10,074 nucleotides of DNA. It comes from a bacterium (GTDB lineage Bacteria > SAR324 > NAC60-12). Positions within the stretch are counted from its first letter, which is position 1. Every line of letters starts with the position of its first letter. The stretch is taken from NCBI GenBank assembly GCA_965233585.1, contig CBDDTI010000704.1, forward strand, positions 1 to 10,074, read 5' to 3'. Both the position numbers and the translations under genes were made by a program. Under the pieces are notes generated by a model that was not told the DNA's origin, made no database searches, and saw nothing but the letters and a program-made list of their open reading frames with translations. Positions 9,806 through 10,074 of the stretch are shown here, piece by piece.

Positions 9806-9877
9806 ATAGTCTTAAGGATTTTGAGGTCTTTAAAAATTCCTTCTGGCAAATCCTGCAGATTGTTTTCCGACAGAAAT
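9806..9877 (-). CDS. 72-nt LRR exon of the same GPCR (FLSENNLQDLPEGIFKDLKILKTI)
   Basis: Near-perfect LRR consensus. Donor gtaagt, acceptor ccttttatccatgatcaag (AAG type). 72 nt, phase 2/2. More 5' exons must lie beyond position 10074. Confidence 0.92.
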
Positions 9878-9945
9878 CTTGATCATGGATAAAAGGATAA
9901 ATGATAAGTTAAAAGTCTAACTGAGGCTAAGTACAGTATCATTAT

Positions 9946-9987
<42 letters not shown>

Positions 9988-10074
9988 ATGAGAAACCCTG
10001 ACCCTGCACACCCCAAGTAATCATATTTTAGACTGAATAAATGTTTGAAAGAAAATTCGCCCTGAGCGGGATTT

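Overview
AT-rich, intron-containing eukaryotic genomic DNA. It is probably a cnidarian (stony coral-like), inferred from the repeat types and receptor family. The window holds the 3' part of one minus-strand gene for a leucine-rich-repeat rhodopsin-class GPCR (type C LGR, GRL101/RXFP-like). Its exons are three 72-nt phase-2 LRR exons (9806-9877, 8300-8371, 6415-6486), one 997-nt hinge+7TM exon (4949-5945) and a 91-nt helix-8/C-tail exon (3996-4086). The terminal exon is unresolved and the 5' end lies beyond the window. Roughly 4.5 kb of the introns and flank is non-autonomous mobile DNA: TTAA-flanked Kolobok-like elements, a TA-flanked Tc1/mariner-pogo-like MITE, an element with periodic subterminal repeats, a 120-bp MITE, a Penelope-like palindrome with a degenerate hammerhead core, and three long-hairpin elements. 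The most unusual signal is in those three hairpins. They differ in sequence but share strand-asymmetric TC/TC (GA/GA on the minus strand) internal mismatches, and two have a C-GCA-G triloop, which suggests selection for a folded single-stranded DNA form. I see no evidence of a prokaryotic-type novel system.
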